DNA of 64,000 bases from positions 496,001 to 560,000 of the forward strand of contig OZ025672.1 of the NCBI GenBank assembly GCA_964019335.1, read 5' to 3'. Shown here piece after piece: positions 11,361-20,281 of the stretch (position 1 is its first letter; each line of letters begins with the position of its first letter). Made by a program: the position numbers and the translations under genes. The notes under the pieces are model-generated. The model saw nothing but the letters and a program-made list of their open reading frames with translations, was not told the origin of the DNA and searched no databases. This DNA comes from Diplonema japonicum (lineage: Eukaryota; Protista; Euglenozoa: Diplonemea).

Positions 11361-13268
11361 ATGAGCTGCGAGCACGGGCAGCTGGCGAAGAGGAGGCAGA
11401 CCTCGGGGTCCTGCCTGGGCTGTGGCGTGCCGACGACGGGGACGGGGAAGAGGTGGACGTGCCTGGAGTGCGGCGCCTTCTTCTGCACCGAGTGCAAGGC
11501 GGCCGGCACCCCCTCACCTGTGAAGAGGGAGAAGAGGGACAAGGCACCGAAGTCGAGGGAGGCTAAGAACCTCATGCAGGCCTACGACGCGTCCACGCTT
11601 GAGGCCACGAAGGTCCCGCTCCCAGACGACAGGACCGAAGCCGCCGCCTCCGCGGACAACTACGCCGCCGTCCACGCGGCCTACAAAGCAGCCGCCTCAG
11701 CGGACCGTAACACCACAGCTCCTGTGGCCAACAACACCGCCACATCTGTGGCCAACAACGCCGCCGCTTCTGCGGCCACCGCCACATCTGTGGCCAACGA
11801 CGCCGCCGTCTCTTCGGCCCATAACACCACCGCCTCCGCCTCTGCGGCCCATAACAACACCGCCGCCTCTGCGGCCAACAACACCGCCTCCACAAAGGCC
11901 GACAACGCTGCTACAGCCTCCTGGGAGGAGAAGCGAATCACGCTGGTTCCTGAGCTCTGGGACGGAGAAGTGGTCCACCCGTCGAAGACGGAGGGCAAAA
12001 CCCGAGGCGTCATCCTCACGACGAATCCCGAGGTCTTCCTCAAATACCACACCGCCGCACACGGGTCTTGGACCGTGCTCTCTATGAAGGCCTTCGCCGG
12101 GTCGTCGTCCGCCACCTTGTTCACAAAGCAAGGTATCAAAACCCTGCACCTTGTCGAACTGACAGGCAACGGTTCCTCCCCCCCGAAGTATGCAGCCCCA
12201 AAGGCGGTACAAGCGACAGCAGCCACCGAGGCCGTCCTCTACATGAGGGTCAAGGCTGACTCAATGGACGAGGCGAGGAAGACGGCTCTCGCTCACGGGA
12301 GGAAGGTCGAAACAGGCCTGAAGGAAACAGCCGTGTTCCCCAGCCGAGACGCCCCTGTACCTCTGAGCAGAAGGGGCCCCAACACCCTCTCGCACAAGGT
12401 CGGCATGAGGGTGCGGACGACCAGCCTCCACGCACTCCTCCGCAAGTCTGGGGATGGCTACCTGATCGAGGTCCCAAGGCACACGCTTCCGACCGAGGCG
12501 GTACCTGTTCCGGCATCCACCATCGGCGAGGCGTTCCAGATGGCGCTCAAGGCTGGTGGACCCGCCCTAGGTGTCATGTCGGTCAAGGGAGGGTGGGCGA
12601 TCAGGTGCGCCTCCGGTGACACAGCCGAACTCCAAGAGGCACTCGCTTCATGCGACATCGATGTGACGATGTCCCAGAAGTACGTCTTGGAGGGTGTCCC
12701 CGGCCACGTCTGCCAGGAGGAAGCGGACGTGATCCCGAAGGACATGGGCTGGAATGCCAGGGTGGTGGGCAGGAGGTACGCCAGGGTCGACGGCAAAAAG
12801 GTCATGTTCCTGCAGGTTGTCGCCTCAGAGCCCCCGCCGTTCCCGATCTTCCAATACGGGGACAGGCTCCTGAGGTGCCACGCTAAAGGCAGCTTCCCGG
12901 AGGCCTTTGTCAGGACCCTCCCGAAGAAGGAGAAGGCACATCCCGAGAAGAAGAAGGAACAGCAGGAGGCCCACCAGACCACTCCCCCTACCAAAGGAAG
13001 GACAGCTGCCGAGGTGGTCAGGAACGCACCCTCCACACCCGACCCGAAGGGAAAGAAGAAGACCACGGGCAGCAAGGCAAAGGGCAGCGCCCCCTCCGGG
13101 ACCAAGCGGGAGAACCCGACCTCCGAATTCAGTGCGGAGTTCGTGGAGGAGGTCGTGAGGCAGGTTCTCGCGATACTGCTGAAGGGGGGCCCGTCGGAGT
13201 CCAAACAGACAAGCGCTAAGCCCCCAGGCTCACCAAAGACGCCCTCGGGGCGACATCGCCTGCGGTGA
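11361..13268 (+). CDS. Retrotransposon ORF1 (635 aa) with N-terminal Cys-rich zinc finger and Ala/Asn/Thr tandem repeat
   Basis: The first in-frame ATG is at 11361 (MSCEH...CLGC...CLEC...CTEC). The frame is open to 13268, has GC-rich coding-like composition and lies upstream of the RT. Confidence 0.7.
   Translation: MSCEHGQLAKRRQTSGSCLGCGVPTTGTGKRWTCLECGAFFCTECKAAGTPSPVKREKRDKAPKSREAKNLMQAYDASTLEATKVPLPDDRTEAAASADNYAAVHAAYKAAASADRNTTAPVANNTATSVANNAAASAATATSVANDAAVSSAHNTTASASAAHNNTAASAANNTASTKADNAATASWEEKRITLVPELWDGEVVHPSKTEGKTRGVILTTNPEVFLKYHTAAHGSWTVLSMKAFAGSSSATLFTKQGIKTLHLVELTGNGSSPPKYAAPKAVQATAATEAVLYMRVKADSMDEARKTALAHGRKVETGLKETAVFPSRDAPVPLSRRGPNTLSHKVGMRVRTTSLHALLRKSGDGYLIEVPRHTLPTEAVPVPASTIGEAFQMALKAGGPALGVMSVKGGWAIRCASGDTAELQEALASCDIDVTMSQKYVLEGVPGHVCQEEADVIPKDMGWNARVVGRRYARVDGKKVMFLQVVASEPPPFPIFQYGDRLLRCHAKGSFPEAFVRTLPKKEKAHPEKKKEQQEAHQTTPPTKGRTAAEVVRNAPSTPDPKGKKKTTGSKAKGSAPSGTKRENPTSEFSAEFVEEVVRQVLAILLKGGPSESKQTSAKPPGSPKTPSGRHRLR
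11640..11915 (+). repeat. Degenerate ~24-nt tandem repeat (GCCGCCTCTGCGGCCMACAACACC) inside ORF1
   Basis: Encodes repeated AASA(A/D)(N/H)NT units. Confidence 0.75.
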
Positions 13269-16200
13269 CTTCAACGCCCACCACACACCCCTTCAATTCG
13301 AGGTCCCCCTACTGAGGCCGACTAGGAGAGCATACGCGCCTGAGTTGTACAACTACCGGAAGGCAGACTGGGAAGCGTTCCAGAACTTTGTAGACGGGAG
13401 GCTGGACGGTTGCAAACAGGTCACGACCTTCGCCAAGAGGATCCAAGAAGCCCTGAGCGAAGCCGCAACAAGGCACATACCTCGGCACGGGTGTTTCACC
13501 GAGAGGAAGCCATGGTGGAACAGCGAACTGGACACGGCCTTTGAAGAAAGGGACACCCTCAGAGACGCCATCCTCAGGGGGGAATCCGAAGATCACGCAG
13601 GGCTCGCTGGGCTCAACAATGCAGTCAACGAGACGGTGAAGGCATCCAAAGAGAAGTCATGGAGGAGCCTCTGCTCCAAGTTCAGCTCCTCCAAGAACTT
13701 GCCTGCGGCATTCAAAGCAGTCAAGGAGCTCGACGGCAGGTCATGGAGGCCACCGATGCCCCCCCTTCAACACGGCGACGCTCTTCTCACAGGCAACAAG
13801 GCTAGGGCCGATCGTCTCGGACGCTACTACGAGACGATCTGCGGAGACGACACTGTCCCTGGTCTCGACACAACAGGACAGACGCAGGAACCCTACGAGG
13901 GCGGAACGGGCTACTTCACGATGGACGAACTGCTGAGACAACTGCTCAGGACGAGAACGAAGAGTGCTGCAGGCGACGATGGAGTCTTCAACGTGATGCT
14001 GATGCGTCTGGGTAGGGAATCCCTGAGAATCGTTCTACAGCTGTTCAATCTCTCCTGGGCGAGCGGGCAAGTTCCGGACACGCACGAAGATTGAGTCCTA
14101 CCGCCCCATCAGCCTGACGAGCTGCCTCGGCAAGCTCATGGAAAGGATGGTCGAGGCCCGCGTGACGTATCTACTTGACTCCCCGACAACGATGGTAGAG
14201 GGACTTCACCCCGCCCAGGCTGGCTTCAGGAAAGGGAGGTCCACCGAGGAGCAGGTTGCCGCCATCGTGCAGCATGTGACGATAAAAAGGAACGCCGAAG
14301 TTAAGGAGGCATGCCTCACCATACTCTTTGACTTCTCAAAGGCGTTCGACAGGGTCAACCACGAGGCACTCAGAAGATGTCTCAGAAGCGCTTCCCTACG
14401 GCCTACACCAGGTGGGTTTCCTCCTTCCTAACGTCCAGAACAGCGAGGGTAGTCGTGGAGGGTGTCAAGGGGACCCCTTACAAAATCAAGAGTGGTTGCC
14501 TCAAGGTTCTGTACTCGGTCCAGTGCTGTTCACCATCTTCGTGGACGACCTAGCGAGGGAACTTGAGGGTCTGGCTGGGCTCTCCACGATCTACGCGGAC
14601 GACGTCGCGGTAGTAGTCTCTGCCACAACAAGGACTGAGCTCGAGGCCAGGGCCACGGCGGTAGTGGGTGCAGTCGAAGACTGGTGTACACGATGGGGGA
14701 TGCAGTTGAGCAGGGAGAAGACGCTGTACGTCCCCACCCCCAAATGCGAACCGTACGACTTCCACGTCTACTTCCCCTCGACCGGGGCGACGCATCCGGG
14801 CTTCGAATTCCAGCCGCTGGAGCTCAATGGCCGACTCATCGCCGGGGGACCTACTCACCTGATCGGGAGGAGGCTCCTGTCCGTTAACCGCACGGCCACG
14901 ACACGACGCGACGTCTCTGCACTCGTCTCCAAAGGGCTGGTGTATGAATTCTCCACGGCCGTCCCCGTCGCGAGGCGTGATAGGGCCAAGTATCTAGGGG
15001 TCATCCTTGACGCTGACTTGTCTTTCGGTGCCCATGCCCGCGACATCATCGAGAGATACGACAAACGAATTCGCATACTGCGGCTCCTCTCCGGCTCGTC
15101 CTGGGGCAGTTCCGCAGCATCACTCAGGTCCTTGTACCTGGCCTACGTCCTACCGGTGTTCACCTACTCGATTGGCATCTTCTTCGCACTGATGTCTGCT
15201 CAAGACAGGAAGGCACTGTGCATGAGGCACGATGAGGCAGCCCGACGAATCACGGGGTGCGTCAAGAACACCTCCACCTCGGCTGTACTGTGTGAGGCCC
15301 GCTTGCGCCCGCTCGACCTGGTGGCCGACGCTGCTTCTGCCATTCTACTGCAGAGGGCACTGAGGTGGGTGGGAACCCCGGTGAACAGGGTGGTCAGGGG
15401 TGCAGCTACCGCAGGATGGGCCTTGGGAGCGCTGAAGGCGACGAGGAGTTCTGGGCTGAGTGCGGTTGCTTCCCTACCGCTAGGGCCTGATACGGACAGA
15501 GCCCCCCCCTGGGCGGAAGGCATCCACGTCGATCCCTACGCCACCGACACCAGGAGGACACTCCCCGACGATGTGAGGGCGGCAGCGGCTGCGGAAAAGC
15601 TGGACGAGATCCCAAGCGGCGCTCTGGTAGTGTACACGGACGGCTCGGTGATAAGGGGGAGAGGGGGAGCTGGGGTTGCCCTCAGAGTCCCCGACATGGA
15701 CCTCACCCTTACCACCTCTCACGGGGCCGGCATGGTCTCCACACCCATGTGCGCCGAGGGCACCGCTATCCTGATGGGGCTGAAGGAGGCTGCGGAGGTG
15801 TACAAAACGGTCGTGAACCTGAGGGGCCGCCCTCTCTACCTGCTGACCGACTCACAGACGATGCTGCGGAGGCTCGCTGGAGTCCCCGGACAGCAGAGGG
15901 AGTCCACGGACAGACGGATCTGGGATGCCGCTTCCTGGCTCAGGGCCAAACGCTCTGGTGATGTGCACTTCTGGTACATCCCCTCCCACTGCGGTGTGAC
16001 GGGGAACGAGCTCGCCGACGGAGCGGCCAGGGACGGGCTGTCGAAGTCGCCTTGCGGGGTTAGCTACCGCTCCAGCAAGGCGGCCATAAAAGCGTGGCTG
16101 AGAGGAAGGTCGCGTGCGAGATACAACAGCGACTCCCCCGGCCACCACCGCCTCGTCACCGGTGGCGAATGTCTCTCTCTCCCACCACTCAGTAGGAGGG

Positions 16201-16526
16201 ATGAGGTCCTGATCATTCGGCTCCGGACCGGACACACGCCTTTGATGAGGGGGTACCTCCAGCTCAAGGGACCCCTGAGGGCTGAGGGGAGTCATCACCT
16301 CACCTGCCCCGCCTGCAACGTTCAATCACCGCTCGACGCTGATCACCTGCTGAGGGGCTGTCATTCTCTGGCTCCCACAGCTAAGTCCTTCTACGACACT
16401 GGGCTGCCGCTCCGCGCGCTGCTTTCCAAGCACTCCGCCGAGGTCTGCGCCTTCATCGAGGCCTCCGGGCTCTTATCATGGTCTGAGTGTGGGATCTTCC
16501 CCCCGGCCGACGCAGCACAAGGGTGA
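13252..16526 (+). pseudogene. Retrotransposon ORF2 (APE remnant-RT-RNase H-Zn motif), disrupted by deletions and frameshifts
   Basis: The protein is split over several frames. There is a deletion before TKIESYRPISL (~14078-14095) and frameshifts near ~14390 and ~14495 (RWVSSFLTSRTARVVVEG lies in a third frame). The endonuclease is almost entirely deleted. Confidence 0.85.
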
Positions 16527-17380
16527 TCGTGAGCCCATTATAGACCCCCCCCCTACCCCTTTGTCCCCCCCCCCCCCCCCCCCACACACACACTCACACG
16601 CAAATGGGCCAAGAAACAACCTCCCGGGAGGCAGCCACAGGGAAGGCCGGGAGGGCGCAGGGCGCAGCAAGAGAACGCCCCTGCGTTCAGCCTCGAGGGG
16701 ACCGCCCCGAATGTAATCAGCCAGGTCGGCTGTCCCAGGAAGGGGGAACGGAGCACCGAAGGGAAGGTTCAGCCCACGTGGTGGCCCTCTCGGTTACTCC
16801 AGACAAAAGACTGGACACACCCCACACCCCTCCCCCCACCCCCAGTTTCCCCCCAGTGGTTTTTATTGCAAAAAAAAAACCGGGAATGCCAAGACGAAAA
16901 GAGGATCGACCAAAGGAGTCAGATCTTCGGTAGCTCCCTTCCTTCCCTCAAAGTCCTCCTGTCCACCGACGCCTGTAAGACCGCCCAGCTCTTGGAGCGG
17001 CAGGGAACATTGTGAAAAAACTTATAAATTATAATATATTATACTCTCCAAACATTGAGGTCTGAAGTTGTTAAACGACTTCAGACAGCAATTGTTTCTA
17101 ACTCAATCTCTCGACTCTGGTTTCACTCCTATCCTTTCTTTTCACCTCCCTCCCCAGTGTCTTCCCTTATTTTCCATTACCAGGCCCCTGTCCCCCGCCC
17201 CCAGTGTTATTCAAATTTTCCACTCACCTTTCATATAGAAAGAAAAAAGAAAAAAAAAAAAAAAAAAAAAAAAAAAAGGACAGATGATTCTTCGGTGTAC
17301 ACAATCGAGCTTGATTTGAATTCCTTTATTTTGAGAAAAAAAAAAAAAAAACTGAAGAACGAAACTTAATTGAATTGAAT

Positions 17381-17783
17381 TTATTGGCTCCCGAAAGCCC
17401 AACAAGTCCAGCAGACGGTGGAGTTTCACAGTCAGCTGGTTAATTTTTCACAATTGAAACTCCTCCAAAGTTCTTAAAATCTGGGAGGTCGTCTCTTGTT
17501 ACTAGAGGCGGCTAATGCCTCGAGACCCAGGTGCTGCCTGGTGGGTGGGATCGGTTTTATTTTATTATGAAAAGAGCGTGGTGAGGGGGTCCAAGTAATT
17601 TACTACAGGGAGCAGCGGACCAGGACCCCTCGACCAATGGCTCAGTAACAGAGACTGCTTTTCACGAATCACTTTCAAACACCTCTCTTGGTTTGAAGTG
17701 ATGTCCCTTTCCCTTTGGTTTTCTCTACTCCCCTTCGATCCTCCCGCCTGGTAGTGGAATATTTATTATTATTACCACCGGCG
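17381..17783 (+). ncRNA. Unidentified highly structured non-coding segment (candidate ncRNA or 5' part of a retroposon)
   Basis: Many long stems: CCAGCAGACGGTG/CACAGTCAGCTGG whose loop GAGTTT can pair with AAACTC (H-type pseudoknot), GTCGTCTCT/AGAGGCGGC, TGAAAAG/CTTTTCA enclosing GAGGGGGTCC/GGACCCCTC, ATCACTT(T)CAAAC/GTTTGAAGTGAT. G-U pairs favour the plus strand. Confidence 0.45.
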
Positions 17784-18099
17784 TCAGGCTAGCCTTCGGG
17801 CTAGTGGTAGTCTGGCCGGCTACCAATCCCCAAGGCCCGGGATCGATTCCCTCCTCTCGGTATCTTTCGGGGAGTCGACCCGTGATCTCTTCCTCTCACA
17901 TCATCTCCAACGCCAACATTCGGCTCTGGGCGGGGCCAACAAATCCTTCCACGGTGGAATAACGCAGAAGGCGGCTCGATCCGCAAGTGACCACTGGCCT
18001 CTAGGCAACCAGTTAAAAACAGAACCGTCCCCCATAGGGATGGGCAGTAAAGGAACACTATGGCAGGAAAACCAGGGTTTCCGATACAAGTGCACTTAT

Positions 18100-18137
<38 letters not shown>
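17774..18137 (+). mobile_element. Candidate tRNA-derived SINE-like retroposon
   Basis: tRNA-Gly-like A box CTAGTGGTAG (17801-17810) and B-box arm GGCCCGGGATCGATTCCC (17834-17851) at tRNA spacing. No TTTT run up to the tail. The 3' end resembles the LINE 3' end. Poly(A) at 18103-18137. Confidence 0.5.
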
Positions 18138-18139
<2 letters not shown>

Positions 18140-18145
18140 ACTGCA

Positions 18146-18216
18146 GCGTAAATGGTCTAGTGGTAGAATGGCTCCCTGCCACGGAGTCGGCCCGGGTTCG
18201 ATTCCCGGTTTACGCA
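18146..18216 (+). tRNA. tRNA-Gly (GCC)
   Basis: GCGTAAA/TTTACGC acceptor stem, D arm TGGTCTAGTGGTAGAAT, anticodon loop CT-GCC-AC, T loop GGTTCGATTCC, then a T-run terminator. Confidence 0.96.
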
Positions 18217-18248
18217 TTTTTTTCCACCCTAAATGAAACACCAATTTC

Positions 18249-18992
18249 CTACAAAATAAAAGCTTCTGACTGGATTAAGGGGTGTTTTTTGCTGTCCTCG
18301 TGTTGGGTCTCCTGAACAGCGATGTTGAGACGTGGGGTGACGGGTTTCATAAAAGTGTAAAGGGCAGCTGAGGTGAGAACAAGACCGAGGGCACAGAGGG
18401 TTGCGATGATAGCGATGAGATATGACGGGAAAACCTTGTTGGTTTTGCCAGGGTAAACGAAGGTGCTCGACGGTGCAGGGGTGCAATTGGATTGAACACC
18501 AGGATGAGATGCAAGCAGCTTGGGGTCCGGCAATATGAGAGCATGAGCAGTTACGTTTGGAGAAGGAGGAAGGAAAGGGGTTATCGCTGGTGCAATGAAG
18601 CAAGTGAAGTGCCATGCACCACACTGTTGAAAGGAGCACCCCAGTGCATATACGTCATCATTAATCAGAACAGACAAATTATAGCCGGTGCTCCAGTCCT
18701 CAATACACGTTTGTGCCACTGTTACATTTTCCATTGCGCTGCAGTTGGCGTGACAATCGCAATCAAGTCTTTCAAGTGCGTCATATGTGCTGGTTAATTT
18801 ATCGCTTTCCGCTCTGTCGTTGCTCACGCAGCCTTCATTGTTGGCTTTCCCCTCCAATTCCACATCCCACATCAATGCATAAACACCACCTAGCATCACG
18901 CGCCTCTCGTTAATTGATTCCAGCGTCACTTGGCCCCACTCGGGTACATTGCACCCTATCACCACTGACAACACGAAGATGAGAAGTCCCAT
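18249..18992 (-). CDS. Small type I membrane protein with Cys-rich ectodomain (247 aa)
   Basis: Signal peptide MGLLIFVLSVVIG, many Cys residues, TM helix YLIAIIATLCALGLVLTSAALYTF, short cytosolic tail. Confidence 0.7.
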   Translation of the reverse strand: MGLLIFVLSVVIGCNVPEWGQVTLESINERRVMLGGVYALMWDVELEGKANNEGCVSNDRAESDKLTSTYDALERLDCDCHANCSAMENVTVAQTCIEDWSTGYNLSVLINDDVYALGCSFQQCGAWHFTCFIAPAITPFLPPSPNVTAHALILPDPKLLASHPGVQSNCTPAPSSTFVYPGKTNKVFPSYLIAIIATLCALGLVLTSAALYTFMKPVTPRLNIAVQETQHEDSKKHPLIQSEAFIL

Positions 18993-19138
18993 TCAATGTT
19001 GTCCTAATCACTCTGCTGTCATCTTGCAGTCCGCCGTCCTGCGCGTGATTTTTTTAAAGTGGGGCAAACGAATACTAAAAAAGATTACTTACAGAAGTGT
19101 AAATGGTATAGAACAGAAAAAGGAAACAACAAGAATTG

Positions 19139-20281
19139 TCACCGGTTTTTCTTACGGGACTGTAACTTAACCTGCCACAGCTTGGTCACCACGAAGGCGG
19201 TGCGCTTGACAAGTGTGAAGTTTTTGCGGATGCGTTCTTCTTCCTTGAAATGTCTCTCCATCTCGGCTTTGAACCGACCAAGCGTGCCGCGAAGCACTCT
19301 CTGGATGGTGATGACAGCGAAGATGGTTGCCTCTCGCTTCGCGATCTCCGCCTTGTTCTTGAAGAACAAGGCCATGAATCGAACCCTGCGGTAGCGCCGG
19401 TAGCATTGTTGGATCGTGACGGCGGCTGCGTCTTGCCGTGCAGATAGGATGGCAGCAGCTTTCTTTCTCTCCTGGCGCAGGATGATAACCCTTCGCCGTG
19501 CGAGGATGCGTCTCCACCAGCATTGAATCGCGGTGGCAGCCAGCCTGCCAGTCGAAACGTATATGAGAAGCGCCTCGATACAGTGCGGGTCCTCGGAATT
19601 GATCTCTGTTCGCTTCACTGTTGAGAGTTTTATAACTGACGCACGTGACGTTTTACGCACTTTGTGTGCCCTGATGACCTCGAACCATTTGTTCCTCCTT
19701 TCCACGTACTTTTTGAAACATCTTTGGATAGTCAGTGCTGTTTTGTTGGCCTGCATCTGGTTTGCCCTGTCGACTCTCTTCGAGTTGACACTGTCGTGGT
19801 GAATGCGGGCTAGGCTGCAGCGTGCGGCCATACCGCGAGAAAAGCGCAAGAGACTCGTTTGTGCTTCATTGATTTCCTCCAATTCTTGTTTCATCACGAT
19901 GAGTTTATGGGCTTTGCACCGTGCTGCGCGTCTCCAATCTACTTCGAAACGTGCGTTGTAAGCTCGCCAGCCGCTTTGTATTGTGGCGGCACACCTTGTA
20001 AGGTGGCTGATGTTGTCGGTGTCATCCTGCACGAAAGCATCGACCTCTTGTTCCAAGGATACTACCTTCGACGCTTGCTTTTCTCGCTCGACCTGTACCC
20101 GCCTCGTCGTAGCAAGGCGGCGCCCTTTTCTCCCCCTTTCGACCTTCTGAATACGTAATGCTGCTTGTCTGCGTTTCTCTCTTTTCTCTTCGTGTTTGTC
20201 TTGTAACATCCTCCACCGCAATTCGAACCGAGACGCATTCGCCCTCCATGCGCACTGTACCCTGCGCGCTTCTACTTCCAT
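19139..20281 (-). CDS. Multi-IQ-motif calmodulin-binding protein (~380 aa)
   Basis: Repeated IQ motifs (AALRIQKVERGRKGR, AATIQSGWRAYNAR, AATAIQCWWRRILAR, VITIQRVLRGTLGR). ATG at 20281 follows a low-complexity spacer. Confidence 0.85.
   Translation of the reverse strand: MEVEARRVQCAWRANASRFELRWRMLQDKHEEKREKRRQAALRIQKVERGRKGRRLATTRRVQVEREKQASKVVSLEQEVDAFVQDDTDNISHLTRCAATIQSGWRAYNARFEVDWRRAARCKAHKLIVMKQELEEINEAQTSLLRFSRGMAARCSLARIHHDSVNSKRVDRANQMQANKTALTIQRCFKKYVERRNKWFEVIRAHKVRKTSRASVIKLSTVKRTEINSEDPHCIEALLIYVSTGRLAATAIQCWWRRILARRRVIILRQERKKAAAILSARQDAAAVTIQQCYRRYRRVRFMALFFKNKAEIAKREATIFAVITIQRVLRGTLGRFKAEMERHFKEEERIRKNFTLVKRTAFVVTKLWQVKLQSRKKNR

Larger units (their letters stand above)
11191..16869 (+). 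mobile_element. Decayed non-LTR retrotransposon (APE/RT/RNase H type, Ingi/I-group-like) with ORF1 and ORF2
   Basis: ORF1, an APE remnant GDFNAH, RT motifs (YRPISLTSCLGKLMERM, QAGFRKGRST, DFSKAFDRV, PQGSVLGP, YADD, KYLGV), RNase H (VYTDGS, AE, TDS, HCGVTGNELAD), a C-terminal C-x2-C...H..C motif, a structured 3' UTR and an A-tail. Confidence 0.9.

Noticed and set aside
10757-16869. LTR retrotransposon or Penelope element, suggested by the terminal direct repeats
   Set aside because: The RT motifs, APE remnant and A-tail are non-LTR type. The repeats are clearly diverged and include ORF2 coding sequence. No integrase, protease or GIY-YIG domain.
17385-17525. HDV-like (Pr77-type) ribozyme: P4-like stem followed by GCTAA
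   Set aside because: I could not find a P2 5' strand or a P3/L3 directly preceding P1 3', so the nested double pseudoknot cannot be built.
17381-18102. Telomerase, RNase P/MRP, SRP or spliceosomal snRNA identity for the structured region
   Set aside because: No CCCTAA template, no paired CR-I/CR-V P4 helix, no SRP helix-8 motif and no U1/U2/U6 or SL signature found by eye.
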